From Octopus vulgaris (lineage: Eukaryota): a DNA stretch of 64,000 nucleotides. Positions 39,428-52,786 of this stretch are shown here, piece after piece (the stretch's first letter is position 1; every line of letters starts with the position of its first letter). Under the pieces are notes generated by a model. The model worked only from the letters and a program-made list of their open reading frames with translations, did no database searches and had not been told where the DNA came from. The translations under genes and the position numbers were made by a program. The stretch covers positions 37,758,001 through 37,822,000 of the forward strand of contig OX597836.1 of assembly GCA_951406725.2 (NCBI GenBank). The letters run 5' to 3'.

Positions 39428-40887
39428 GATTTTACTTTGTGTTTTATTTAAGTTCTTCCTGGGAGAGTTCAAGCCAGACACTACCAAAGCGACAAGACGA
39501 TTTTAGTAAAGAGAGTTCCTGGTGTTTGTAAATATGTAGTTGAGTTGGTGTGTTGGTTGAACGATCGATGCACACACCCAAGTGTGCGGATCGATTCACA
39601 TTAGAATCTCAGCTGGGGAATTTTCAGAATGTCTTACAAACCCTCACTGTGCCACCAACAGATTGCATACGAAGAACCTACGTCAGTTTCTTTTGCTATG
39701 TATGACCTCTTCTGAATTTAATCATTTAAGTTCTTCCTCTGAAGAAGTTGATTTTTTTACAACGATACAATACTCCATCTTCGGAAAGTAGATAACTAAA
39801 ACAATGTCACATTTTAAACCTGTAAAAAGTCTTACATAGTTTTGCTGTTCCACTGACAGATTGCATTTGTAAAGTGCGAATCAGTTGGTTGATTTCTTTT
39901 TCTGAAAATCGAAGCTTATCCAGCTGACAGTTAGGTATTTACTTACAAAACCAAATGCTCCAATTATTATTGGCATAAGTGTAAATTTGTAATCCGGGTA
40001 TAGAAGCTGAACGTTTCGAAGCAGTTGTCCATAGTTATCTTCTTTCTCTTCGATTTTCGAAGAGATATTCATATCAGCAGGGTACCTGACCTCTAAGACG
40101 GTACTCTTTTACTCTTTTACTTGTTTCAGTAATTTGACTGCGGCCATGCTGGAGCATCGCCTTTAATCGAGCAACTCGACCCCGGGACTTATTCTTTGTA
40201 AGCCCAGTACTTATTTTATCGGTCTCTTTTGCCGAACCGCTAAGTGACGGGGACATAAAAACACCAGCATCGGTTGTCAAGCAATGCTAGGGGGACAAAC
40301 ACAAACATACATGCACACATATATATACATATATATATACATATATACGACGGGCTTCTTTCAGTTTCCGTCTACCAAATCCACTCACAAGGCTTTGGTC
40401 GGTCCGAGGCTATAGCAGAAGACACTTGCCCAAGGTGCCATGCAGTGGGACTGAACCCAGAACCATGTGGTTGGTAAACAAGCTACTTCCCACACAGCCA
40501 CTCGTCAGTCCCAAACAACAATATCCGACCTCTTATGCTTACACAAGACAGATGTTTTAATATCAATGTTCGACCAGTATTCATTATGCTGGTACTTGTG
40601 TACATATTCAATAACAGGACGATTCTCTATATTTATTCCAGGACAGTTTTTTTCCCTGTATGGCATTGTATATTGTTTTTTGGGACATCGTTAAGTTGCA
40701 TAGAGAGATAGGAACTTGATAACATGTTAGGGCAGCTGCTAATCACATGCGTGATGTCTTCCACAGAAATATGACATAATCTACATTTTCGGTTGTATCT
40801 TGGAATTCCAAGGGCTTCGCTGTCTCTTTTGTTGATTAGGTACTTAGTAGCAATCTCCTGTTCTTGAATTGCAAATGCACAGCCTTT
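39428..40887 (-). mobile_element. R4/Dong-like (restriction-like endonuclease) non-LTR retrotransposon 3' fragment, interrupted by SINE type A
   Basis: CRLC....EDITHVISSC (CCHC knuckle, ~40735-40790), RSDIVVWD, MPIIIGAFGFV; homologous to 48411-48790. Confidence 0.8.
40102..40502 (-). mobile_element. SINE type A
   Basis: Family match. Confidence 0.92.
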
Positions 40888-41693
40888 GTATGTATGTATG
40901 TATGTATGTATGTATGTATGTATGTATGTATGTATGTATGTATGTATGTATGTATGTATCTATTTATGTATGTATTATGTATTATGTATCTATTTATGTA
41001 TATTCGTTGTTAGCGACGGAAGCAGCATTGGTTCAAAATACCACTCTGTATACCCTACTTAACGTAAGTATCCTGTAAGAATGCCAAAATATTGCGGTAT
41101 TCGTCATGAGAAAGCAGCTGATATAGACGTGCAGGAGTAAAAAAAAAAAACTCAGAATTAACACGAGCAGGCAAAAAGCATCCAGAAGCGCCGGTTGAAT
41201 TGCTAGATCAGGGATTTCTACGTATTTGCGTATCATCGGTAATAACATATACTATCATTGCATGCTTAGACAAATCTCTACGAGATCTCCACTAGCATTA
41301 AATAAAGTATTTGATATCCCGGTAAGCGTACTATTGTCTGTTCGTCGTTTATCACAAAATATTGTGATGCTAATTTTGTAAGACTGAAATTACTCTTCTT
41401 TTTCACATATTTTCCTCTATATTTTGACCTGATATTTTCCTACGACAGATATCATTAAAGATATTTTTTATTTATCCTTGTAGTTATATTTTCGTTTAAT
41501 TTCACGTTACTGAAATGCCTATTCATATATTTTTCTTAGATATCCCTGTAGTTCATTAAGCGCATTAATTACGCTCAATATAATTAGAACAATTATCGGT
41601 TAAGATTTTGCAAACATTTGCAATATATGTGTATTCTACGATTACTAAGACGAAAACAAGTTCACAGTTAAAAAAATACATTCATGGATAAAT

Positions 41694-41742
<49 letters not shown>

Positions 41743-42289
41743 CTTTCTAAATATTTCCATAAAGTTTTGGAATAAACTATGTGTGTAGCAATAACGATGT
41801 GAGCACAAATATGATTTTACGACTTACGACTCTTAAACATCTGAAGTTTATTGCATGTGTCTTGTATCAATAGAGTTGGTCCACTCCTACCATATGTATT
41901 ATAGTATAGATTGCTGTACAATATGTATTTCTGAATGCTACAGGTTGTAAGCAGTTTATAAGTATTATCCGTCAAAAATTATTTATATCCCTTAAGTAAA
42001 TACGTCAAATAGGTTACTTTTTATATCTGATTATGTGTTTACACAAAACACCTGCGCCAAAAAAAAAAGAAAAATCTTGGCTGTGTTGACATAAATATGT
42101 GATCTATGTAGTTTTTGACAGTCGTTCATTCAAATAAAATACTGAAAGAAAATGATAAGTATTCACTCATCCTAAACGATTATGTCTGTGTATGTAATTG
42201 AGAGCAGTATTCATATTAGTCGTAGAAATTATAATTCATATAATTTATAGATATTTTTTTTGTTGTGTATCTTTAAGTATTTATAACAT

Positions 42290-42376
42290 AAACACGTACA
42301 CACATATATAAATAAATACACGCATACACAGACACACACACACACACACACACACGTACATATATATATATATGTG

Positions 42377-42407
<31 letters not shown>

Positions 42408-42495
42408 ATATATACATATATGTGTGTGTACATATATATATATACATATATATATATACATATATATATATATACACATATATATATACATATAC

Positions 42496-42540
<45 letters not shown>

Positions 42541-42588
42541 TGTGTGTATGTATATATACATACATACATACATATATATATATATATG

Positions 42589-42636
<48 letters not shown>

Positions 42637-42823
42637 TATATGTGTGTATGTATATGTATAAATATATGTATGCATATATACATATATATATGTGTGTACA
42701 TATATATATGTATATATATATATGTATATATATGTATATATATATATATGTATATATATGTATATATATATATGTATATATAATATATATATATATGTAT
42801 ATATATGTATATATATATATATG

Positions 42824-42921
<98 letters not shown>

Positions 42922-42922
42922 G

Positions 42923-42953
<31 letters not shown>

Positions 42954-42974
42954 GTATATATATGTATATGTATA

Positions 42975-43015
<41 letters not shown>

Positions 43016-43026
43016 GTATATGTATA

Positions 43027-43096
<70 letters not shown>

Positions 43097-43137
43097 ATAC
43101 ACACACACATATATACTTACATACACACACACACACC
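42290..43137. repeat. Compound (TA)n/(CA)n microsatellite
   Basis: Directly visible. Confidence 0.97.
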
Positions 43138-44061
43138 CATACAATGTTTGAAATGAACAAGGGCATTCATTGACTCCCATTCACTGATCTGTTTGACGGA
43201 TAATTAACTTTCATACTTCGTATCTCTCCACTGCTTTCTTTATGAGCGGTCGTGTAAAATTGTTTTCACTAAATGCAGAAGCCTATATCATTTCACACAC
43301 CTTTCACATATATACAAATAAAAATGTACAAATAAGCAGATAGGAAGACAGGCAGCAAGATAAATACACACGCAATCGCATATTCACAAGCACACACGCA
43401 TACACACATACACACACGTTCATACATGATGGATTCTACTGTCAAATTCGGCAACCTACTGGCCAACCTACTCGTTTGATTACTAAGTGGTACAGCCGTG
43501 TATTCAATAAACGTAATTCTCGGGTACAATTAGGGTAACATGGCTTCATATTTTGAGTTACAGTCCATCCAATGGACTTCTACATAGTTTCCAGTAACCT
43601 AAATTCATTAAGTAGCGAGATAGAACTCGAGATGTCATGATTGAAAAGCGAACTTCTGGGGCACTTCGAAATGCTTGAATTCATACATACATACATGCAT
43701 ACATACATATATACATACATACGTACATACGCACACAAACACACATACACACACAAACACACATAAACACACACACACACACATATACATGTATATACAT
43801 GAGAAGACATACATAAAACAAAATATACAAATCTACACATATACATACAAAAATACCCTGTTGATATTTTTGAAATTCCAATGAAGGAGACTCAGATCTA
43901 GGTTAGAAACTAGCTCTTTCCCAAATGGCAAGAAATCTTGAAATAAACTGAATAATGGCTAACATACATATACACACATACACACACACATACATACATA
44001 CTCACACACACACATACATACATACATACATACATACATACATACATACACATGCATACAT

Positions 44062-44092
<31 letters not shown>

Positions 44093-45761
44093 TGCATACA
44101 TACATACATATATACACATGCATACATACATACATACATACATACATACATACATACATACATACATACATACATACATACATACATACATACACATACT
44201 CACATATACATACATACATACCTTAAATGTTACGGTTTTCGTAAAAAGAAATCAACCAGCAACACGCTCAGTACAAATACAATACAATCTACAGGCAGAA
44301 CAGTAAAACTATGCAAAATGTGTTTCAAGTTCAGAAAGTGTTACATTGTTTTTGCTATCTACATTCCAACGATGGGGCTTTGTTTCTTTGTTTGGCACTA
44401 GCCCCTTCTTCACAGGAAAACTTCAAATAACTAAAAGCAGAAGAAAACACATATGCAAACATACACACATACATACACACATACATACATACATACATAC
44501 ATACATACATACATACATACATACATACATACATACATACATGCATACACCCGCATGTACGTAGATACGTATATGGTGAAAGGTGCTAGATTTCTCATGG
44601 TTTTGTAGGGACATCATCAAAATTTAAAGAGAACATATGGTGGGTCTTACGCACTTTTTAAACCTATCGAAGCCCTTTGCACTTTAGGTCAGAATCGGTT
44701 TCTTTCATAGAGAGAGGAAGAGGATGAAAACAACAGCAACATCAACATCAACCATAACAACAACAACAACATAGGAGGAAGGGGAGGAGGAGGAGGAGGA
44801 GGAGGAGGAGAAGAACTACAACAGTAGCAACAACAACAAAAAGCAACCCCAGCAATAGAGAGACACTTTAACAACCCCCAAATAGTCGAAAGCCAAGTTA
44901 GCGCAAAATGTCGAAAGGAATACCTCAGAGGATTCTACGACGTGACGTCCTTACAACACTGCTAAATTACCGTCTTTTACGCGCGCACTCACAAATACGC
45001 ACGCACACATACACACACACACACACATACACACATACATGGAAGAGGGTGAAAGAGAGAAAGAGAGAGAAAGAAAGGAAGAGTGATAGTTAACTAGATA
45101 GGCAGACAATGCCCTTAATGTTATTGCTAAACAGAGTACATCATATCAATAGAATACTTTCGATATAATTAAATACCATAATATTTATGGTTACGTTTGT
45201 TTAGAAGAGGCGTCTGTAATAGACTGACAGTTAAACTGATTTTTTATGTAAAAAAACATTCCGACTGACATTATTTCTGAGACTCTTTGATCTATATTCA
45301 AAGCACAACCCTGTTTATAAAGGTATTATATAGGTTACATATATTATACCTTGATACTGTGTGGGCTAAGATCTCTGTTGGCAGGCTCTTGATATTTAAG
45401 ATAAAGTGTTAGCTTTTATGGTATGCAAAATAGTAATCCCAATCTTCTGTAGTTATTGTAAGTGTTGGGTATATAAAGATTAGCTGCTTGTTTCTCTGGG
45501 ATTAATTAAATTAAAGCAGCTTCCTCTGATGCGAATCCTATAAGATTCTGAAGTCGATTAGGGTTGGTTATCACTTTTCTTTTCTTTTTTTTTTCAGTCG
45601 GCGGAGAAACAGCTGAATTATCCTTATTTATATAGGTCAAATTTTCGCTTTATGACTGGGTAGCATCATGGGTGAGTGGCTTCAAGTATAGCTCCAGGCC
45701 GACCAATGATTTGTACGATAATCTGGTCGACAGAAACTCTCGTGTCATATCGAAGTCAGGA

Positions 45762-45978
45762 CGCCATGATAGATCATTAGCTCCAACACGCATTTTTTCT
45801 CTCCTTTTTTCTCTCCTTTTTTTCTCTCCTTGTTTTTTCTGTGTATCTTTCTGTCGAAGAGCGTAGGCTCGAAACGTAAAAGACTTTCTATTTCTATTCC
45901 TGGGCGCTATACTAATACATTTGTTTGTTTGTACTCCACCTGCCTTCGTCTGTTGTTTATTTTCGTAAACCTTCCCGT
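45762..45978 (+). mobile_element. Short hammerhead-motif-containing element, copy 1
   Basis: Starts CGCCATGATAGATC, ends GTAAACCTTCCCG before (TA)n; motif at 45846-45883. Confidence 0.8.
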
Positions 45979-46006
<28 letters not shown>

Positions 46007-46009
<3 letters not shown>

Positions 46010-46380
46010 TAGAACCTCGCATTACGAGTGCACTATTATAAGAGTAATTTGCTGTATGAGCCGAGACTCATTTGTTGTGAAATACGAGCAGAAATCCGCA
46101 GTATGAGCACACGAATTGTCCCATCTTTAAGGTAATTCAGTTAATAAAACCAGTTCACATATTTTTTTCGCATTCTCCTTCATATATTTGTCATTTTACT
46201 TGTAATTACACCTTTTCTGTTTTAAAACCCATTAAGAATTATTTTTGAGTGGTTTTGGTGGGCTGGAATGGATTAATTTCAATGTTAATTTCAATGAGGA
46301 AAATTGGTTTGTAAAACGAGTAAACCGTAAGACGAGCTCGGTCATGGATCGAATTAAAACTGTACTGCGATGCATCACTT
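46007..46380. mobile_element. pogo/Tigger-like MITE, decayed
   Basis: TA|CAGTAGAACCTCG start, subterminal TACGAG/TATGAG repeats. Confidence 0.6.
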
Positions 46381-46937
46381 TATATTATAAGTGTGCACGT
46401 ATACATATATGTGTGTGTGTATGTGTGTGTGTGGTTATGTTTGGTCTCTCCATCGCTTCACAAGTGGTATTGGATTGTCTACGTCCGGTAAAGTAGCTAA
46501 TGGGTAAAAAAAAAATTCCTGGTAGATTCCACAGAAAGTAGTGATGTCCTGCGTCGGCGAAAAGCAGCGAGATTATCGTTTCTGTTGCAAAACTGGAAAT
46601 GAGCAAACGAAAACAGTTGAGGTTTGATGTCGAAAGTTAGGAGGCAGTCAATAAAATACAATGAGGTCGAGAATGTTGAATGGAGTAGGAGGGATGTTAA
46701 GAATATCGTTGAGAGAAATTAAAATAAGGTGCAAAGAAGGAAGAGTGGTAGGTGAGAAAAAAAAACAGTTGAAAGCAATAAAATATATAATCTGGGAGAG
46801 AGAGAAAAATAAATTTAGGAACTGAATTGGACTGGCAGTAAAAATGTAAAGGGAATGACAAAAGAGCGGCCGGGCGTATAAAAATGTCACTTTTGAAGAA
46901 AAAATGTCAGAAATATATAAGTGCATATATACATACG

Positions 46938-46988
<51 letters not shown>

Positions 46989-47314
46989 GTGTGGGTGGGT
47001 GGGTGGGTGTCTGTATGCATATATATGTGTATATATGTATATATACATATATATATATATACATATACATATATATAGACATATTATAATATAAATAATA
47101 TATAAATATATGCATATATACATACATATATGTACATGCATATATGGGTACAGGGCATAAAAAAAATGTGGAACACAATGAGAAACGAAACCATAAAAAC
47201 AAAATCATGGAAACGGACTTTTTTCAAACAACGAAAAAAACAGAGTACAGGACATACAACACAAGGAATATTCCCCTTCTTCAGTTGTCCCTGTTTCATC
47301 TACTCCGCGTTACC

Positions 47315-47495
47315 TTCGATTCCTAAACCGGGCGATTTTTTATGCTCTTGAGCAAAGTGCTTCATTTCACTTTGCTTCTGGCGGCGTAAATAAGTAATCA
47401 CGCGACGGACTCGCGGCCTTTCCAAGGGTGCGGTGGAACATATGTACCATAAAATCTGAAAAACCGGCCTTATAAGTCTACGGCTCGGGAAGGAT
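47315..47495 (+). mobile_element. Diverged SINE type D with V-like tail
   Basis: GATTCCTAAACCGGGCG...CTTGAGCAAAGTGCTTCATTTCAC...GCGACGGACT. Confidence 0.6.
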
Positions 47496-47503
47496 CTTTG
47501 ATC

Positions 47504-47577
<74 letters not shown>

Positions 47578-47784
47578 GTACCACATACATACGTATGTGT
47601 CAAATGCAAAAATTGATTGCATAGAGCCAACAACCCTACCTAGAAAAAAAGCAAAGTTTCAGAAGCTTCGTTGACGATTCATAACCATACGAGAGAAGAA
47701 AAGTCATCGATGGTCTATGCTCTGTAGGGAGATTTACACAGACATATAATATACATACACATATAAATACATACATACATACAT

Positions 47785-48332
47785 TATGGCTGCCCCCTCG
47801 TTATCGAGTATGGCCATTGCTCGAAGCTTAGGACTTGCTGAAGGCTTCCTTAAGAGATGCTTGCATCTCTCCTGACACATGGGAAGGCATAGCTATTGAT
47901 CGTAGCAGGTAGAGAAGGATTGTGCATGAGGGGACAGCCACTTTTGAGAAATCTCGAGTTGCACATGAGAAAGTAAGGAGTAATGTCAGGAAGGGCATCG
48001 CTGTTACACTTCCAGAAGGGAAGGGTCTTCCTTTGATCCTGACATGCAATGTCTGTGCAAGACCCTGCCTCAGTAAAGCTGGACTCAAGAGTCATCTTCG
48101 GAGTCATAAAGCGAGACAGATGAGTGACAACCTGGCCACTGGTGGTGGTGTAACACACCATACTAATCATATCTGTCGGACATGTGGAAGAGAGTGTAAT
48201 TTGGCAGGAGGACTTAAACGACATGCAAAGGTACATGAAGCCCAGTTACAACTACAGCCGTTATTACCGGTAAAGGTTTTAGTACAAAGACATTGTAGAT
48301 CTTTAGCTGGGCTAAAAAGTCACATTCGATCA
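47785..48332 (+). mobile_element. RTE-clade LINE ORF2 C-terminal fragment with C2H2 zinc fingers
   Basis: DLLKASLRDACISPDTWEGIAIDRSR* (WE..A.DR..WR), then CNVCARPCLSKAGLKSHLRSH and CRTCGRECNLAGGLKRHAKVH. Confidence 0.8.
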
Positions 48333-48410
48333 CATACATACATACATACATACATACATACATACATACATACATACATACATACATACATACATACATA
48401 CATACATACA

Positions 48411-48790
48411 GATCTTGTACCGTGACTATGAATTCTCATTTGTACCTATCATCATAGGTGCATTAGGTTATGTACGAACAAATTTACACGAAAACCGAGA
48501 AACACTTGTTTTCCCGGAAAAAGAGCAAAAGAAACTGAAGCGGATTCTCCAAATCCAATCTGTTAGTGGCACAGTGGCGATTTGTAAGACATTCTAAAAA
48601 TTCTCCATGTGAGATTCTTTTGCGAATAAATGCAAACACTTGGGCGTGTGCACAGTTCAATCCAACTCACCAACGAAACCATGTATTTACCAACACCGGG
48701 AACTTTCTTTACTCAGAAAGTCTTATTGCTTTGTCAGCAACCGGCTTGAATTCTCTCAAGAAGAACTAAAATTAAACTCAAAGAAAAATC
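48411..48790 (+). mobile_element. R4/Dong-like retrotransposon 3' end within (TACA)n
   Basis: FVPIIIGALGYV...LQIQSVSGTVAICKTF; (TACA)n on both sides. Confidence 0.8.
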
Positions 48791-48819
48791 ATACATACAT
48801 ACATACATACATACATACA

Positions 48820-48852
<33 letters not shown>

Positions 48853-49221
48853 GACGGCTGTCTCACACGTGACGGAGGAAGTTCATCACAGACCTTGAGG
48901 AACATTGTGCACTCAAGTGTAACTTCTTTGGTGACTAATAAGCCCAGCTCTTGGGAAACATACACGTCAGCAGATAGTACAGAGCATACTTCCTCATTAC
49001 TTTCGCATTCACAACACTGTATGTGTATGTATATATATTTGATCGTTTAAACATGTCTATCCGTAATTTTAAACTCTGTTAAAAACAACCTTGCTTTATA
49101 AATGTTTGTACCATCGATAGGCAAAAGATTGTCGAAACTAGTTTGGTATGTGATTAAATCTATTTCAAAACGGATGTACGTACTTCAAATTCAAGTGCAC
49201 TTTCAAACACCGAAACAAATC

Positions 49222-49258
<37 letters not shown>

Positions 49259-49454
49259 GAAGAAGAAGAAGAAGAAGAAGAATATAGAAGAAGAAGAAGA
49301 AGAAGAAGAAGAAGAAGAAGAACATACGAAATTATTAGAATTGCATAATAGGTTTTTTTTTCACTAATCTTTTTTGTATGTGTTGGGGGTCATCTTTACC
49401 TAGTTATCTCCCCTCCTTTCCTTCCTGTGTTAAACCCTTCTGTCCGGCACTAGT

Positions 49455-49647
49455 CGCCATGATAGATCGTTAGCCACTACACACATTTTTTTCTCTCTTG
49501 TTTCTCTCCTTTTTTTCTGTGTCCCTTTCTGTAGAAGAGCGTAGGCTCGAAACGTAAAAGACTTTTTCTATTCCTGAGCGTTATACTAATACATCTGTTT
49601 GTTTTGTACACCACCTGTCTTCGTCTTTTGTTTTTTTCGTAAACTCT

Positions 49648-49650
<3 letters not shown>
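49455..49650 (+). mobile_element. Short hammerhead-motif-containing element, copy 2
   Basis: Same ends as 45762 copy; motif at 49525-49560; followed by (TA)n. Confidence 0.8.
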
Positions 49651-49710
<60 letters not shown>

Positions 49711-50240
49711 CAGATGGAAACTGGTTTATTTACTATGCCCGCGCGCGTATGTGTCTGTGTGTGCGTATTTGTATGTCTGTACGTACATACATAGATATAT
49801 ACATACGTATGTAAGGCTTATACGATGAGCTTTCATAGTTTTTCTCCACGAAACTCCGCACAAAAGTCATTGGCCAGCACGCAATGAGAGTGAACGCGGA
49901 ACTGTGTAATTTGAGAAGTGAACTTAACTAAATCTTTAACTAAATATTTAACTGAATATTTAATCATGCTTAAAAATGGTTTCATCCGAAAGGGAAAATA
50001 TTGCTTCTGTTAAAGAAAAGAATTCGTTTTGTAATTGTTTATTCAGACTTCTCTTTAACGAGTAATATGAATTCCTGCAAAACACACGAGGGTTGTTTGA
50101 CGGTCACTGTTTACATTTTATGTGATAGGGTTACACAAAGAACACCCATGTGCACCCGCACTCACCTATATACACGCACACACACACATACACACACACA
50201 CACACACACACGTATACTCACACAAATACACGTGTATATA

Positions 50241-50472
50241 TATTTCTTAACTACCCTCAAGGGGCTAAACACAGAGGTGACAAACAAGGACAGACAAAGG
50301 GATTAAGTCGATTACATCGACCTCAGTGCGTAACTGATACTTAATTTATCGACCCCGAAAGGATAAAAGGCAAAGTCGACCTCGGCGGAATTTGAACTCA
50401 GAACGTAACGACAGACGAAATACGGCTACGCATTTCGCCCGGCGTGCTAACGTTTCTGCCTGCTCGCCGCCC
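50241..50472 (-). mobile_element. SINE type B
   Basis: Family match; TSD ATACACGTGTATATAT. Confidence 0.92.
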
Positions 50473-51064
50473 TATACACGTGTATATATTCTACATCATG
50501 GAAGTACTGAGTTCCTGAAAATTTTGCTGTAATGTTAAGTAGCTCCTTAACGCGAAATAAACTTGTCCATCGATTTCCTTGCTACATAGAAATCAATGAA
50601 GATGTAATTAATGGGAAAATTCGAATTTTTGTTACAGAAATTCACGTTACACCAAGATTGTCAAGAATGCAACGCTACTGCAACGCTACTGCAACGCTAC
50701 TGCAACACAAATGATTCATACAAAATGTACATAAATGTGTGCGTGTGTGTGTGTGTTAGTATACAATAGTGAAGGATGTAAACTGTTAAACTGTTACTCT
50801 TCCCACGAAGCCTTTTGCAATATTTGTATTGTACTGCGTTACAGACTCTCTTGTCTTTCTCGACGCCTGTGAACTGGCCCGTTGAAAACCTGTAACCAAA
50901 GACGCTATAGTGCACTTACTGAAATATGTAGCAAGAATAAATAAATTACGAAATACACTCTGGAGTGGAACTGAGAAAATATCAACTCGAATGTTTCGCC
51001 TCAGCAAATATAAGAAACCAGAGGCAGGCGACATTATACGTCAGTGTTTTGGGGGGTTTTTTTC

Positions 51065-51290
51065 GCCCTTTTAAAGCCTAGCCAGGCTCATGGGCCCGGT
51101 TTCCCGGTTTCAGTGGCGTATGTGTTCCCCAGCTGGACGGGACACCAGTCCATCGCAGCGTTACTCATTTTTGCCAGCTTAGAGGACTGGAGCAACGTGA
51201 AATGAAGTGTTTTGCTCAAGAACACAGCGCATCGCCCGGTCCAGGAATCGAAACCACAATCTTACGATCGTGATGCTGACACCCTAACCA
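51065..51290 (-). mobile_element. SINE type D head with V-like tail
   Basis: Tail nearly identical to 11925-12030 but a different head. Confidence 0.85.
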
Positions 51291-51705
51291 CGTCAGTTAA
51301 AAAATGTATTATTTACAAATGCTTAATATCAGTTTGGTTATTAGTCTCTTTTGGAAATGGCATAATGACTAACTTGGATAGTCAGACTAGTGAGGAAATT
51401 TCTATTTGGTTGATCGGTCTGCAAGAAATAGAAGCTCAGCATCTGTCATATGAAAGTATCAAAGCCTACTGCCTTATACAAAAGTAGATCATGTAGTTGC
51501 TCAGTTCGGATTGACTCCGGGTTTAATAAAAATTATTACGATATAATTACTTACACATTAATGCGTAGTCAATTGCCTTGAATCATCACTGGTCATAGGT
51601 AACCATTAGCGGAAGGTAACCATTATGTCTGCGATGAACAAACAATATCAATTCTGTCTAACTTACAATAGTCGATTCATACATATCTTACAGATAACAA
51701 GAGGA

Positions 51706-52136
51706 GGATCTTTTCGGTTTGAACGGCAGTTTTTTCTAGCGGTGTCATATGAAATTGTCACCCATACTTATAACCCTAGTATCGATCTATTGCATTTCAA
51801 TCTGTTTTAGGGTTAGTTAAAGTTAGGGTTAGGATTAGGGGTGGGGAAAGGGTATCTTTTTTTCTTCACAAATGTAAATAAACCCAATCTGTTTCTTAAA
51901 CGAGGGACATATTCATGCGGCACAGAATGTTGTTTACCTCAATGGGCGTCACTGATTGGTTGAAATTGCAGAAATTGAAGAAAAAAACAACAAATATCTT
52001 ACAAACTATAGAATTTTTTCAATAAAGCCAAGATAAAAAGATATTTTATAAACACATTCTACCAGTATACGAAGTTTAAAATTTTTTAGTTACCTAGAAA
52101 TTATGTTAAAAACTGCAGTTCAAACCGAAAAGATCC
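51706..52136. mobile_element. Merlin-like MITE, copy 2 (opposite orientation)
   Basis: TIRs as at 19449; TSD CAAGAGGA. Confidence 0.92.
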
Positions 52137-52306
52137 CAAGAGGATACTAAACACATTCACCATCGACGTAAAGGTCTGTAATTAGATTCTGCAGGGTATT
52201 TGTGTCCTGCCTTCCAACGCTTTCTACTACTTCACAACCACTTTGCATAACCAGCAGCTTTAAATAAGGGTGAACTGGAAGGCTCACAGATATAGAGGAG
52301 ATTGAA

Positions 52307-52786
52307 GGCGGCGAGCTGGCAGACTCGTTAGCACGCCGAGCGAAATGCGTAGCCGTATTTCGTCTGCCGTTACGTTCTGAGTTCAAATTCCGCCGAGGTC
52401 GACTATGCCTTTCATCCTTTCGGGGTCGATAAATTAAGTACCAGTTACGCACTGGGGTCGATGTAATCGACTTAATCCATTTGTCTGTCCTTGTTTGCCC
52501 CCTCTGTGTTTAGCCCCTTGAGGGTAGTAAAGAAATAGATATAGAGGAGATTGAAGACGGCGAGCTGACAGAATCGTTAGCACGCCGGGCGAACTGCGTA
52601 GCCGTATTTCGTCTGCCGTTACGTTCTGAGTTCAAATTCCGCCGAGGTCGACTTTGCCTTTCATCCTTTCGGGGTCGATAAATTAAGTACCAGTTACGCA
52701 TTGGGGTCGATGTAATCGACTTAATCCATTTGTCTGTCCTTGTTTGCCCCCTCTGTGTTTAGCCCCTTGTGGGTAGTAAAGAAATA
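52307..52786 (+). mobile_element. Tandem dimer of SINE type B
   Basis: Two full copies; AGATAT(A/G)GAGGAGATT present three times. Confidence 0.92.

Noticed and set aside
47255-47292. CTGAAGA plus hairpin on the minus strand (similar partial motifs at ~3069, ~3965, ~43878)
   Set aside because: They lack an intact GAAA/UH or CUGANGA arrangement; not counted as ribozymes.
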